IMG/VR virus record: IMGVR_UViG_3300044675_001501
Location: 1-64,000 of that record
Strand: one strand, 5' to 3'
Length of the DNA: 64,000 bases
Source: a virus
Taxonomy: Duplodnaviria > Heunggongvirae > Uroviricota > Caudoviricetes
Below, one piece after another: positions 39,501-48,400 of the stretch (positions are counted from its first letter, which is position 1; each line of letters begins with the position of its first letter). The notes under the pieces were generated by a model that saw nothing but the letters and a program-made list of their open reading frames with translations, ran no database searches and had not been told where the DNA came from. Position numbers and translations under genes: made by a program.

Positions 39501-39899
39501 TCTTGCTCTGTATGTAAACGATGTTGATGATGGAGTTGTTAAAACAACGTATGTACCGTCAGCAAACTGTAGATTAGCACCTTTAACAATAATTGAGTTA
39601 CCAACAACAAGACCATGATCCTCAGAAGTGGTAACTGTGATCGTGTTGCTTCCTGAGATTGCAGTCATTGTTAAAATGCTTAAACTCAAAGAACCATCTC
39701 GAGCAAAGAAAGTAGGAATATTATTGATGAGCTCTAAAGTTTCCCACTTTGAAGATTGCAAACCGTATTCGAAGTCAGTATCAATTAAGTTAGATGGCTC
39801 AGAGACACGCATCTTAGACACTGGGTCATAGATGGTCTCATTAGGTTCAATATAAACTGAACCAGCGATTCTGTTTGCTTTTAATACGTCAAGAGACAT
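30558..39899 (-). CDS. giant virion structural protein (3113 aa), fibre/baseplate-associated, paralogue of the gene at 45419..55813
   Basis: Uninterrupted 9.3-kb frame. Thr/Ser/Gly/Asn/Val-rich throughout. Conserved N-terminal (…DPVSKMRVSEPSNLIDTDFEYGLQSSKWETL…) and ~650-aa C-terminal modules shared with the 3464-aa protein. Confidence 0.85.
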   Translation of the reverse strand: MSLDVLKANRIAGSVYIEPNETIYDPVSKMRVSEPSNLIDTDFEYGLQSSKWETLELINNIPTFFARDGSLSLSILTMTAISGSNTITVTTSEDHGLVVGNSIIVKGANLQFADGTYVVLTTPSSTSFTYRARRTSPITGSVRESSTEIYLASLYQGTEFKLESLGAIATDGESPSTITITTNGPHGFAIGTTFILLNSLTSQQITFDSTLVTSLIYTENQAILRTDDAVVTDNNGYTDKAYVTFGTSGITDPGTLGMTLIIDGDATTSNVGIDEGVYRVLFPESMPFKIFDQTFDRVWVTSNSTIHFTNSTSVIGNGPAVDVAAWNGVDNNNTYSPKINFLTGDFNLKKLYFSTTTTSLRIRWEGKEFQDGSTNTTIIWEVTFDCENDTIDARLIKADLVNYSLSSLTFSIRGPNNEAVNATFTGDVFLDPQQSWKRQLFIRTTSSNETVSSSNGYSENSLDLDNTSKFNPYTWTAEKYNFNPAGASRPTLFFTLGKNAADLLEHKGVNDTNYIASTRANVITFASSHGLIDNRPYLYNMGALNGGLTIGGSQITAPTVYYVRTKPGFYNGNTTTGTATLNQTGSTTSFSISGNVLTVNATVTGTAFDLGAYLSDTNGHVPAGTYITARGTGTGAAGTYTINRYLNIPVISGNSLNAERNIVTVAATANMTPGMAIRFVPGTAVTPYLSTHIQGPTVSAGHFTVGQQYTIAALGTTTQPQWNTIAGTSGVTYAVGSTFTAATNGAASGTGTANGSLAGILGNTTYYVKDVLSGTQITISDTPTTDVNDSSATPKQFTNPVAMGTATAASFTAQIGTIITDSTTQCVLVTQANRRTALSVNFGVQAAASRFPLATDRFGPHSFMAAARVHDYQTASGTMFVQCLDTLNSAILDNQPLAVWTTAIGGTTAFTNNWTPAQLPNIVYARNPNSDTHQSQVTLPFGATNGSNSAPGNANFSSYSGPNGELDGAIGTIALAAQDAATLSLTFDEGAFTTITGTAVTTNVITVSSTTGMKAGQMFEVDASVGGLSSGQLYYIVSVLSGTTLTVSTTRGGALATLSTTSAQRVSCYSYGPLPVVKTDVMSGFLGATNVTTIATNTTAGTNRLTLHTTQGLAVNQPFTVGASFGNIVSGTTYYVKTIESSADITLSSTQGGATFTLATASNAGALFTGTPLRNTPKGHQIVLRNNTGLYQSYEVSPFGEFPGSTVNPVGMITNHTGTTTRTLTIKLKNPLNNSLAVQTNNVGFDLYGSASSDILTFNLSTTVSGSNLTLSGTSVDGYVVPINYTQPWSTGRSWYSKSHGFQNGELVFWEASGGTQAAASVPTGLTNRSYFIVDSATTDRFKLLSDAGSALAVTSAAGAHLDTANAFADKTLTNVNTTFDTAYWNWKTAAVASGGTSMTISYPSSAWSTTANIVVPTITAGANTFTFTSAARIAGGSALANVAHHGGLIKFFDANNQPLKMGTPWGPNTALTLNQKVFWNNNLYNVSVAGTTSTSAPSHTSGAVSDGTAELTYIGDSRFNAYDIRVGAVSGTAPALSVIVYVMTPGGLPGTFSTISTAKVVIDTGHGVRDEDNLAIGTSWLQSVWAHPKDNSYFPLVGSQITDYFEITKIPSTTLKRGSITAITVGETNSITYTFPSNSVNIASIRRDNNVATVTTAVPHGFKIGTQVAIASVTDTTFNNATAVILQATFNTFTYANSGTNGAVSTNGTASQLIPALNPQILAITAFTSNSTAVATTAAHSVPVGAVVPIHFQGFAAPASPWYALWDHKIYYAKSATSTTLEIYKDAEATEPLNTSAFAAYNNGTDVGRIYFLGAKLSFVGNNHYFTRRASNTAGDTIYKQNHGLNNGTSVTYATGGGSEVGGLTSGSTKFVFNSTTDRFQLADTLTGWDTAAISFTQNTTNLATATGVITTGTHGFTTGRLVQYLSATPATGLTNGAFYYVRADSTTTCTLYWTQLGAINNTADDRVKFVGTPSGTGSLRQSTVVDITAEGTGASHTMTTGVTTGAIDGLYTVANNAPGGATNKFTLNNPNNAVVPKRVLGINPQINVDFNWNAIYSVGHKLITGTPVLYTASGTPFGPLISNTTYYIIKITEDWFRLAATVADAVNPIVVPINLNSGNFLGSGTHQFEAASVVGSIVGAGTIALAAGTTKVVGNNTNFSTAFKSGDNFYWNYPAVYTAKTTTFVSSTFTSAAHGMLTGMSVRWNSTVAAPTGLINGGIYYVRWASAADFNLAPTYNDAVNGTNLIVASGGSGVHTVSLIVPGNTGVSLISTVNSRTVLNLVDTIPINEQYKLPVTSISLTSASPDITVAFPMPCPFPAGSVIVLTGTGNTTQIDNIPLIVKTNAGSNSTSIVVTMQTNAAATATIPATTTASTVNAINCHGFPATNTYDVTSSLLLRADSSALHRPYDGGVELISTDSPNARVVRQTRKYFRYQSGKGIQVSFAINFSPSVPINSVTGNSNYYATVTTRVPHRCTAGLDITISGDTGSTYNGSFTIYDIIDDYSFRISLNFPYSNVSSGRPQFYVNSWNNATVRCGLFDDQNGMFFEYNGSTLSVCRRNSTVQLGGTASVIFNSNQIVGTGTQYVTELVSGDYVVIKGQSYKVIEIPNNNTFYVQPSYRGSTSTNVVVSKTNEIRVPQSSWNLDVCNGSGPTGYTLDIRKIQMAYMDYSWYGAGKVRFGFKTTDGVVRYVHQIVHNNLETEAYLRSGNLPARYEVDTGVSPSFIPKLAHWGTSVIMDGGFDDDKAYLFSATSNQIRTSTGTSGTISVTGGTQASVSQTFTANNLVIGRSYTINTAGSTTWTSYGAANNNVGTSFVCTAVAPSLAAAGGVTAGNAFELGKWYAYNNGGKLIGEIGFAIEIPTHADTYFSINANSGISGNGIVAGTLTANPTNSSIGSQPYLRQVRVSPTSNILKNLLVVNARPSSIQATNTTYTVSQAVDLTKTIPLLSLRLSPSVDNGIPGLLGEREIINRMQLNLKALDVLSTHEIELSLVLNADLDNLDWKRVTAPSLSQVVYHNISDTIDQGSVIFSFRVPPGNQLTTPNNRAQALTSIDLREIATLGNSIMGGNGVFPDGPDVLTLRMRYIGLASDVTAAATFAASCRLSWTESQA

Positions 39900-39930
39900 T
39901 TTTTCTCCAATTTTCCAATAGTTTTATTAT

Positions 39931-41622
39931 TTATGTTCCACCACGAACCTTAAACACATTATAGCGAATAACGATTCTATCATCTGGATTTGGCGCTTCT
40001 GTAAAAATTAAAGTGCTACCAGAAGTGTAGTACGAATAAGAAGATCCTGGTGTTTGAGGAACGCCACCAACAGTAACAAATATCTCGTCTTCAGCCATCG
40101 CAGCAGCTAATGCGTATGAGGTTGTAGTTCCGTCACCAGTGTATATAGTTCTACTATATTTAGGCGTAAATTCTAACGCAGAACCAGAAGAATTTAATAG
40201 TGGAGTTGCCGCACTTAATCTTAAAGATGTTGCGTTAATCGTTCCAACAACATCTAATGGAAAAACTGCTGTAGTGTTTAAAGTTCTTGGTGTGCTGGCT
40301 GTTCCACTAGAAGTACCATTTACTGGGCTTAGAGCAACTGACAGATAATAATAAAAACCAGAAACTTGTCCATACGCACCACCAGAGGCATTAGCTGTTG
40401 CTAGAGAGTTTGTTCTAGCGGTAGTAAATGTTGAGCTATGAGTTCTTGTGTTAGCTGAAGGTACAGTCTCAACCAGAAACCATGATGTGCTAAATGAAGT
40501 TTTTCTATAAACTTTATATGATGTTGCGCCAGTAACAGCACTCCATGTTACTGTTGCTGTGTGGCTAGTTGGTGATGCGCCAGCGGAATAAAAGCGAGAT
40601 GAGGTTGCGGTTCCTATGGTTTCTCCGTATGCATTAACTGCTGTAACTGCAAAGGAGACCAAAATTGCTCCAGTAGAATTAAGAGAAGAACCAGTTGCAT
40701 ATGTTATAGATGTTTCGCTTAATGATGTAACTGCGCTACTACCAGTAATATGTAAATTACCACCTCTAATACCACCTGCAACTTTTAATGCACCAGCAGA
40801 AGATGTTGAAGGTGTTGTGCTACCTAGAGTTATGTCTCCAGTTGGACCATCAATACTAAATTTTGTTGTTAAAATATCTACATCAACCAAAGTGCCAGTT
40901 GTTTCGCTAACAAGAAGAGGGTATAATGTTCCAGTTGCGTTTGTGGTGTCAGTAATAGCAATAGCATCTGAAGACTGAACCCACTGAACTCCTGTCCCTG
41001 TTGATTTAAGAACATAATTATTAGTTCCAGCGCTACCACCAGCAGTAATTGTTCCAGTTAGGATTAAATTGTTTATTGTTTTACCACTTAGACTTTGCGT
41101 GGAGTCAGTGTCTACAATTGTTTTTCTACCAGTAGCGGTGCCGATGGTTAGAATATTATCATCTGTATCCCAGAAGATAGAACCTTCCGCAGTTTGCGCA
41201 GCGGAAGCACCTTGAGGTAAAACAAGAGAACCTGCTGCTGCATCAATTGTTGGGTTGTTGATTGTTGGGGATGTTAAAGTTTTGTTTGTTAAAGTTTGTG
41301 TATGATCTTTAAAAACAAATTCATCGTTACCAGATAATATTGGTAACGTAATTGTTCTTGTTCCATCCAACTCTCCGACTGCAAACTGGTAAAAATGATC
41401 ACCAGTAGTATCCCCGATCTTAGGGAGAGTCAATACTTTGTTGGATAAAGTTTGCGATGTGTTTGTTCCGACTAAGGTAGTTGTTACCTGTGGAAGAGTA
41501 AGAATCTTGTCACTGTCAACAATAATCCCATTACCTGTTAGGTCTAGATTATCGCCAGAGGCAAGTTCTTCAATTGTGTTGGTTTGTCCAGATTTAACTA
41601 TTAGAGGAAAACGATTTGCCAT
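39931..41622 (-). CDS. tail-fibre-like structural protein (563 aa)
   Basis: Gly/Thr/Ser-rich beta-rich composition within the fibre gene cluster. Confidence 0.65.
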   Translation of the reverse strand: MANRFPLIVKSGQTNTIEELASGDNLDLTGNGIIVDSDKILTLPQVTTTLVGTNTSQTLSNKVLTLPKIGDTTGDHFYQFAVGELDGTRTITLPILSGNDEFVFKDHTQTLTNKTLTSPTINNPTIDAAAGSLVLPQGASAAQTAEGSIFWDTDDNILTIGTATGRKTIVDTDSTQSLSGKTINNLILTGTITAGGSAGTNNYVLKSTGTGVQWVQSSDAIAITDTTNATGTLYPLLVSETTGTLVDVDILTTKFSIDGPTGDITLGSTTPSTSSAGALKVAGGIRGGNLHITGSSAVTSLSETSITYATGSSLNSTGAILVSFAVTAVNAYGETIGTATSSRFYSAGASPTSHTATVTWSAVTGATSYKVYRKTSFSTSWFLVETVPSANTRTHSSTFTTARTNSLATANASGGAYGQVSGFYYYLSVALSPVNGTSSGTASTPRTLNTTAVFPLDVVGTINATSLRLSAATPLLNSSGSALEFTPKYSRTIYTGDGTTTSYALAAAMAEDEIFVTVGGVPQTPGSSYSYYTSGSTLIFTEAPNPDDRIVIRYNVFKVRGGT

Positions 41623-41924
41623 TATACTGCCACTCCTACGACTCCAGTTGGGCTAGTGGATGTCCTAACAATTATTCCTAGAACCCCAGAAGTCACAGAA
41701 ACTACTACAGCATCTTCTTGTAGTAAATCTCCCCTTTGATACACTCTTAATGACGAGGAGCCGCCACCAGCCCCACCGCCAATTAATCCAACCGTGTTAT
41801 TTTGATTTTTGTAATACAGTTTACCGTCAGCGTAGTTGAGAGCCAACTCACCGTATTCTAAGTCTGTATTTAGTGGTATCTTTCCAACTATACTAGACTT
41901 CTTAAGTATAATTCTGTTTGCCAT
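41622..41924 (-). CDS. short protein (100 aa) carrying only the conserved fibre N-terminal module
   Basis: 'MANRIILKKSSIVGKIPLNTDLEYGELALNYADGKLYYKN' matches the N-terminus of the 719-aa protein. Confidence 0.5.
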   Translation of the reverse strand: MANRIILKKSSIVGKIPLNTDLEYGELALNYADGKLYYKNQNNTVGLIGGGAGGGSSSLRVYQRGDLLQEDAVVVSVTSGVLGIIVRTSTSPTGVVGVAV

Positions 41925-41986
41925 TATAATCCTTAAAAAAGGGTATCACTGAATGATGTGGAGTAAAAACTCCATAATGCTTTTAT

Positions 41987-44146
41987 TTAGTAAGTGCCAC
42001 CTTCAATATTAAATCCGTCAATGTCAGAAGTTGCAGCGCCAGCACCAATGATATCTGCAGCAGTTCTAATATTTTTTAGAATACCCAAACCACCAGCAAT
42101 AACAACAGAAGCAGCAGTAGTTGATGTAGCTTCAGTCGTATCAGCGATTGCCATTTTACCAAATCTAACATTACCATAAATTCCAGTTACGCGAGGGTCG
42201 AATGTTGATCCAGTTTCTGCAGCATCAGCAATAAAAACAAATTCAGATAGCGAATCATCATAACCGAAGAAACCATGTTTAGCCATTCCAGCGCCAGACG
42301 AATCATACCAGTGAAACTTAATACCACGATCTAAGTTGTCGTCAGATATAGCATCAAGTTCTCCACCTAAAGTGAAGATTGGGTCATCAATTGCAATCTG
42401 TGTAGAATTAATGGTAGTAGTTGTACCATCAACTTGCAAGTTACCTTTGATGATAACAGTACCACCGTTATCGTTTACTGGAGCTGGATCAAGATAGAGA
42501 GTGTTACTATTATCAGTAGTAGAAATTGTATTACCATCAATTCGAATGTTATCGATATTCGCTTGACCAGTAATTGTTACAGTAGAATCATTACCAGAAC
42601 CAGCAGTTCCTCTAATGGTTACTGTATTAGAATTTAGAATTGTTTCAGCAGTTGTAGCAATAATGCTATTGTTTGTGCCTGTGGCATCGATAGTTACATT
42701 AGTTGCATTAACGTCTAAGGTTGTTACATTAACTTCAACCTCGTCTGACGCTACAGTTGTCTTAACTGAAGAAGTTAATGATAAGTTATCTGTGCTAGAA
42801 GAACCAACTAAAATTTGAGCAGCACCAGTCCCAGAATTTATTGCATCAATTGTAAGAGTTTTAGTTGCTGCGCTGTTGGTTGTAATTGTTAAATTAGAAC
42901 TATCGGTTGCATCGATAGAAATAGAAGTAGCGTCTAATGTAAATAGATTCTTTACATTAACATCCATGTTGGCATCGCCAACAGAGTTATCAGATTTTAA
43001 CTCATAGGTGATTGCAGTGCCAGTAGCGGCATCAACACCCATAGTTGTTGTATTGCTACCAGTGATAGAAACTGTAGTGCCATAAATTGTTGTCGCTACT
43101 CTTGCGCCAGACGCACCGATTGTTGTTGCGCTATCAATCTGAACTGTACCGTCAACCTCAAGATTTCCAAGAACATGAGCATTATGGTTTATTGTTGTTG
43201 TACCAGTGTTAGCACCGATGCTAACAGTTGAGGCTCCCAAGAACGCATTAACGGTAGATGGACCATCATTAGTTAGTGATGCTTCTGTGTCTTTATTTAA
43301 TAAGTTGAATGTTGACTGATTAGAATATAAGTCACCACCATTAATAGCGAAGTCGCCAGAAATAATCTGCGCACCAGTTACAGCGAAGTCGCCTTGGACA
43401 TTCAAGTTACCTGCGATACCAACTCCACCATCAACAACCAAAGCACCATTATTATATGCTGTTGAAGCTGTTGTTGCGTTAATATTAACAGTAGCAATCT
43501 TAGATTCGATATCTAGACTGTTGGTGTCAACAGCCATCGCAAGAGTGCCATCAGTATAGAATCTTAATGTATCATCAGATCCTGCTGGTGTGCTTTCTGC
43601 AGTAATATATGTCAAACCATCTACTGAGCGAACACCACCAAGCGATGACCAGTTTGAACCAGAGTAACCTTCAAATTGAGAGATTTCACTATTATAGCGA
43701 ATAGCACCCTGAACTGCTGGACCTTGTTGCGCTGATGTTCCTACTGGAATTACAACACCATTAGTTCCGATAATATGAACGTAACCAGTGCCAGCTGGAT
43801 CTAATTCAATATTACCATTGGTATCAGTAGAAGAAATCTTATTACCATTGATAGTAATATTATCAACATTTAATTCATCAATTTTCTTATTAGCATCAAC
43901 AATAATTGCAGAGTTTGCAGTTAGAGTTCCGTGTACATGATCAAGTAGGTCAGTAAAATATTTACCACCGATAACATAAGTATTAGCAGCATTACCTGCA
44001 GTTTCTGGACCAAAACCTATGTATAATCTATCACCACCGTTTGCTTGCGTACCACCTGCAGCAGAGTATGCCAATTCACCATTGGCTAATGGTGTTGGCG
44101 CAGAAGCTGCTGTGCCAGAACGCTTGATACGAATAATTGATGCCAT
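41987..44146 (-). CDS. tail-fibre-like structural protein (719 aa) with the conserved N-terminal module
   Basis: 'MASIIRIKRSGTAASAPTPLANGELAYSAAG…DRLYIG' at the N-terminus. Long Thr/Asn/Gly-rich body. Confidence 0.7.
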   Translation of the reverse strand: MASIIRIKRSGTAASAPTPLANGELAYSAAGGTQANGGDRLYIGFGPETAGNAANTYVIGGKYFTDLLDHVHGTLTANSAIIVDANKKIDELNVDNITINGNKISSTDTNGNIELDPAGTGYVHIIGTNGVVIPVGTSAQQGPAVQGAIRYNSEISQFEGYSGSNWSSLGGVRSVDGLTYITAESTPAGSDDTLRFYTDGTLAMAVDTNSLDIESKIATVNINATTASTAYNNGALVVDGGVGIAGNLNVQGDFAVTGAQIISGDFAINGGDLYSNQSTFNLLNKDTEASLTNDGPSTVNAFLGASTVSIGANTGTTTINHNAHVLGNLEVDGTVQIDSATTIGASGARVATTIYGTTVSITGSNTTTMGVDAATGTAITYELKSDNSVGDANMDVNVKNLFTLDATSISIDATDSSNLTITTNSAATKTLTIDAINSGTGAAQILVGSSSTDNLSLTSSVKTTVASDEVEVNVTTLDVNATNVTIDATGTNNSIIATTAETILNSNTVTIRGTAGSGNDSTVTITGQANIDNIRIDGNTISTTDNSNTLYLDPAPVNDNGGTVIIKGNLQVDGTTTTINSTQIAIDDPIFTLGGELDAISDDNLDRGIKFHWYDSSGAGMAKHGFFGYDDSLSEFVFIADAAETGSTFDPRVTGIYGNVRFGKMAIADTTEATSTTAASVVIAGGLGILKNIRTAADIIGAGAATSDIDGFNIEGGTY

Positions 44147-44160
44147 CTACTTATCTCCGA

Positions 44161-44421
44161 TTAAAAATTTCCGCCATCCATGTCTTGAGCCACGAGGTTT
44201 CTTGACGCAACCCACTTAGTCGCTGGGACATTGTATATTAATAAAGAACCTGTCTCTAAGTTTGAAGAGTCTACGTTAGCAGCCTGTTCTATGGTAAATT
44301 CTTGAAGTGCACCAGAAACACCCTGTATACCAACACTTGGAACTTGAACCTGAGCACCAATAGCGCTTATGGTGGCTGGTATATTCTGTGTTTGAGAAAC
44401 TTTTGCTTTTATGTTACTCAT
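44161..44421 (-). CDS. hypothetical small structural-cluster protein (86 aa)
   Basis: Open frame overlapping its neighbours' start and stop codons. Confidence 0.4.
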   Translation of the reverse strand: MSNIKAKVSQTQNIPATISAIGAQVQVPSVGIQGVSGALQEFTIEQAANVDSSNLETGSLLIYNVPATKWVASRNLVAQDMDGGNF

Positions 44422-44756
44422 CTTGTTATCTCTGGCGATATTACTACTATACCTTCCAACACTCTATATTTATCTTGAGTTGTTGTATTTGTTATTTCTA
44501 TATCATAAAGGTATCTTCCTGCTCTCATAGCGGAAGATACCGATGGAGTTAACTGTAGTCTAATCTGACCATTTGTTGGCGTTCCATACACAGATGCTGT
44601 AAAATTAGTAAAGGTTGAAGATTGATATGACTTTCTTATTTGAGCCTGAATGGTAAACCCAGTTAGATTCATAGGACTTCCGTCCTGATTTGTCAAATCA
44701 ATAATCGTACTAAATGTTGTTCCCTGATCAATATACAGATTAGATATTGTTGCCAC
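44418..44756 (-). CDS. hypothetical small beta-rich protein (112 aa)
   Basis: Thr/Ser-rich sequence in the fibre cluster. Confidence 0.45.
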   Translation of the reverse strand: MATISNLYIDQGTTFSTIIDLTNQDGSPMNLTGFTIQAQIRKSYQSSTFTNFTASVYGTPTNGQIRLQLTPSVSSAMRAGRYLYDIEITNTTTQDKYRVLEGIVVISPEITR

Positions 44757-44782
44757 TTAATTCTCCACTCTCTTATTTATTA

Positions 44783-45409
44783 TTATGCAAAGTTGTGGTT
44801 TTCACCGTAGACCCAACCTCTTGCCTCATTATAATAAACAAAAACTCTAGCCTCTCTGGAATCGTTTAGCACAGGATTATCTGTTGACCCAGCCAGCTTT
44901 TTACCATTTAGGTTGATTGTGCAGTTGTTTGTTGCAAAAGTTCCAGCGGCATCAACTATCTTAATAGTATCTCCCATTGAAGCTGTTGCTGGGAATGTAA
45001 CCACAATAGCACCAGCTGTGGTGTTAACGAAATAGTATCCACCAGCTACAGCTGTAAAGTTTGCAGTTTTCTCTTCCCACTGCCCGACGCTAGATCTAGA
45101 AATAGATTGCGCCAGTTTATCTCTTGTAATAGCTCCGTCTGCTACGCTCGGAACGAGGAATTGTTTACCAAGGAAGATGATAAAAACATTACCATTGTTT
45201 ACTGGGGGAGTCGTAAAAACAATTTGACTCCCACCAGATGTAATGTTAAAATCCCTGCCTGGTTTTTGGACTTGCCCATTTCTCACAACAAGCAAAGAAG
45301 CAGCGTTGGAAACCTTATAATCTAAATCAAAAGTCGTAGTTGAACCATCGACTGGAGGTGTTTGCACCTCAAAAATTCCATAACTTGGTTCTCTTCCTAG
45401 ATATGCCAT
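44783..45409 (-). CDS. structural protein with a T7-tail-fibre-N-terminal-like domain (208 aa)
   Basis: 'MAYLGREPSYGIFEVQTPPVDGSTTTFDLDYKV' resembles the T7 gp17 N-terminal adaptor 'MANVIKTVLTYQLDGSNRDFNIPFEYL'. The N-terminus of the 1183-aa protein is similar. Confidence 0.55.
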   Translation of the reverse strand: MAYLGREPSYGIFEVQTPPVDGSTTTFDLDYKVSNAASLLVVRNGQVQKPGRDFNITSGGSQIVFTTPPVNNGNVFIIFLGKQFLVPSVADGAITRDKLAQSISRSSVGQWEEKTANFTAVAGGYYFVNTTAGAIVVTFPATASMGDTIKIVDAAGTFATNNCTINLNGKKLAGSTDNPVLNDSREARVFVYYNEARGWVYGENHNFA

Positions 45410-45418
45410 TCTAACCTC

Positions 45419-48400
45419 TTATGCCTGTGATTCTGACCAAGTAATACGAGCGGATGCTTGGAACGGAGCAGAACCATTGATAGTTGATGTATCAATTGGT
45501 GTCGCTGTAATAGTCAAGATATCTGGACCGTTAGGGAATGTTTCGTCACCGCCCAAGATCGAGTTACCTAGCTGAGCAACTTCACCAAGCTCTGCTGTTG
45601 TCTGAACTAAACTACGCTGACCAGTTGTTGCGCTAATAATAGAACCACCAGAAGCACGGAACGAGAATAACTGAATACCGTTCTTAATGGTTTCTCCTGG
45701 TGAATGTCTATAGATTTGCGACAATGAAGGAGCAGTATTATTAACGAAGTTACTGTCTGACAAATCAGAGTTCAAGAATAGTTTAATCTCAGATTCATGT
45801 GTCAATAGAACACCGCAAGAGTTTAGAGTCAGTTGCATTCTGTTAATGACATCTCGGAAACCAAGACCTCCAGTTAATCCGTTATCTACAGAAGGGGCAA
45901 GACGGATAGAAACTAGAGGAACTGGAGCAAGAGCAGAAATTGACTGATTACTTGTTCCACCACCAACAATAAAGTTTTGACCACTAGCGCCAACTCCAGT
46001 GATATTGTTTCTAAATCTTTGTGTTAATATGACTCTACTATTTGTGGTTCCTGCAACAATAGAAACAGATTTAACTAAAGTGTTTGCTGGTAAATAGAAG
46101 TTATTAAAATCATTCTGAACAGAAACACTAGAACCAACAATAAACTTAGATGAGTTAGCGTTAGTTACAAGGATAAAATCGTCTCCTCTGTTGATATTAG
46201 TGCTTGCTAATGATGCAACAATCTGAGTACCACCATTCGTTAGCGTAATAACATTAGAGTCAGCAGTAAACAAGTATGCTTTATCGTCATCGAAACGACC
46301 ATCCATAATAACAGAAGTACCCCAGTGGAATAGTTGTGGAGAGAATGTTGGTTCGCCGAATGTTACAACTTCGTAACGTGCTGGGATATTACCAGAACGC
46401 ATATATGCTTCAACGAATTCATTGTTGTGGATAAACTCATGGAAGTAGCGAACTTCACCACGCTGGTCTTTAACACCAAAGCGAATCTTACCAGCACCAT
46501 ACCAAGAGTAGTCAATGTATACCATCTGAATCTTATTAAGGTCTAGGACATAACCGCTTCTTCCGTTTCCGTCTGCCTTATCAAGAGTCCATTGATTTTG
46601 CGGTACTTTTGTATCAATTGTTTTGGTTCCAATAATGTTGGTTAGAGTTGATCCGCGATATTCTGGTTGAATATACATTTGAGTATCACTATCAATTCCA
46701 ATAATTTTGTAAGACATACCACGAATAACAACATATTCTCCAACACTTAGTTGCGTTGTAAATTTAGTTTTTTCTCCAGTGATCAAAGAAGAACGATATG
46801 TTGCATTAATTCTTCCAGAAATCTGCTGGATAGAACTTCTTCTAACGCAATATAACTGCTGTCCATCATACTCAAAGAACATACCGTTTTGAGTGTCAAA
46901 TAAACCACAGCGAACCGCAGCGTCTTTCCAAGAAACTAAGTTAAACTTAGGGAATCCATAAGCAACCGAAGATCCATTCTGTCTGTAGATAGGTAGTCTA
47001 ATTTGTTTTATTACAGTTCCAGAATTCTCTGTTATGTTTACACCCGCTTGAGTATAAGTGAATGTTGTTGAATCAACAACTGTTACTGGAGCAGAGAATC
47101 CATTGAAGTTTGCGCCAACACCAGTGCCAGAGATAGAGATATAATTTCCTGTTACAAGACCGTGACTTGATGAAGTAACAACTGTTACAGTGTCATTTAA
47201 TCTTGAGATAGAAGAAATTCCAACTGTTGGTGAACTTCCTACAACAGTGTTAGACAATGTCAAAACTTTAGTATTTGTATTTACATCAGTAATGATTGTG
47301 TTTGCTGGAATTGTTATACCGCCATATGTTCCTGCTTTTATTGTTTTTCCAACTGCAACACCATTCAAATTCCAAACTGAACCGATAGTATTAGTTCCAT
47401 TTGTCACTGTTCCAAATAATGGTGTGTCTTCATAAACATATGTAAAGGTATACTCGTCAACAACTTCTAAAATATCAAATTGACCATTATAACCATTATG
47501 CCCAGAAGCAACTGTTGCTTCTGAAACTCTTATTCTATTAGTTGTTCCTGGTTTAAATCCATGAGGCGAGTCAACCTTAATCTTAGCAATATTCTCATTA
47601 GATGTAAGCTCTTCGCAATCTGTTGGTGGGTTAAAGTTAATAGCAATAGAAACTTGAATACCCTTACCAGATTGATAGCGGAAATACTTACGAGTCTGAC
47701 GAACTACGCTAGAGTCAGGAACTAGACCAGTAGTCATAGTAACTCCACCATCGAATGGACGATGAGCAGTAGTAGCATTAGACTTAACGTAAATGTTAGT
47801 GTTAATAAAGTATTCAAAAACTGGTTGAATAGAAATTGCATTACCAGCAGCAAAACTTGAATTTAAGTATTCACTAATTGTCAATATGTTACCATTAATT
47901 GCAGTAATTCTGGTATTTGCTTTAAATCTTCCGTTACTATCGAATAGGTAGTAACCAACAGCTAAATCAGCAGCATTGTTTACTGTTATAGTTTGAGATC
48001 CAGTTGTTACTGCTGCGCCAGCTGATACTGTTCTATCAATAATCAAATTAACCTTAACAATTGCGTCAGGAGTAATAGGAGATCTCAACTTAATTGAAGT
48101 ATCAGACTTAACAGAAGAAATGATATAGTTAAAGATTTTACCTGGATTAGCTGCAGTATAGAAACGTAGAACGTCACCACCCTTAAAGTTTGTTAAGAAC
48201 TTAGTTCCGATACCTGTAATAATGTCAGATTCTTCAGTAACAACTACTGTACCCAATCCTCTAGTTAAACCAACAATAGAGTAAGTATCAAAGCTCTGAG
48301 ATCCATTAGTTCCAGCAGTCAAATCGATTGTTGTTGGAGTTGGAGAAACAGCCTCATCGAATGTTGGCGCCAACTTAACAAAGTTAGGGTCAACAACAAC

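Noticed and set aside
41925-41986. Hairpin ggagt-UUUU-acucc with a distal U-run between the 719-aa and 100-aa genes as a terminator
   Set aside because: The stem is only 5 bp, and the U-run is separated from it by about 20 nt. This is not convincing as an intrinsic terminator.
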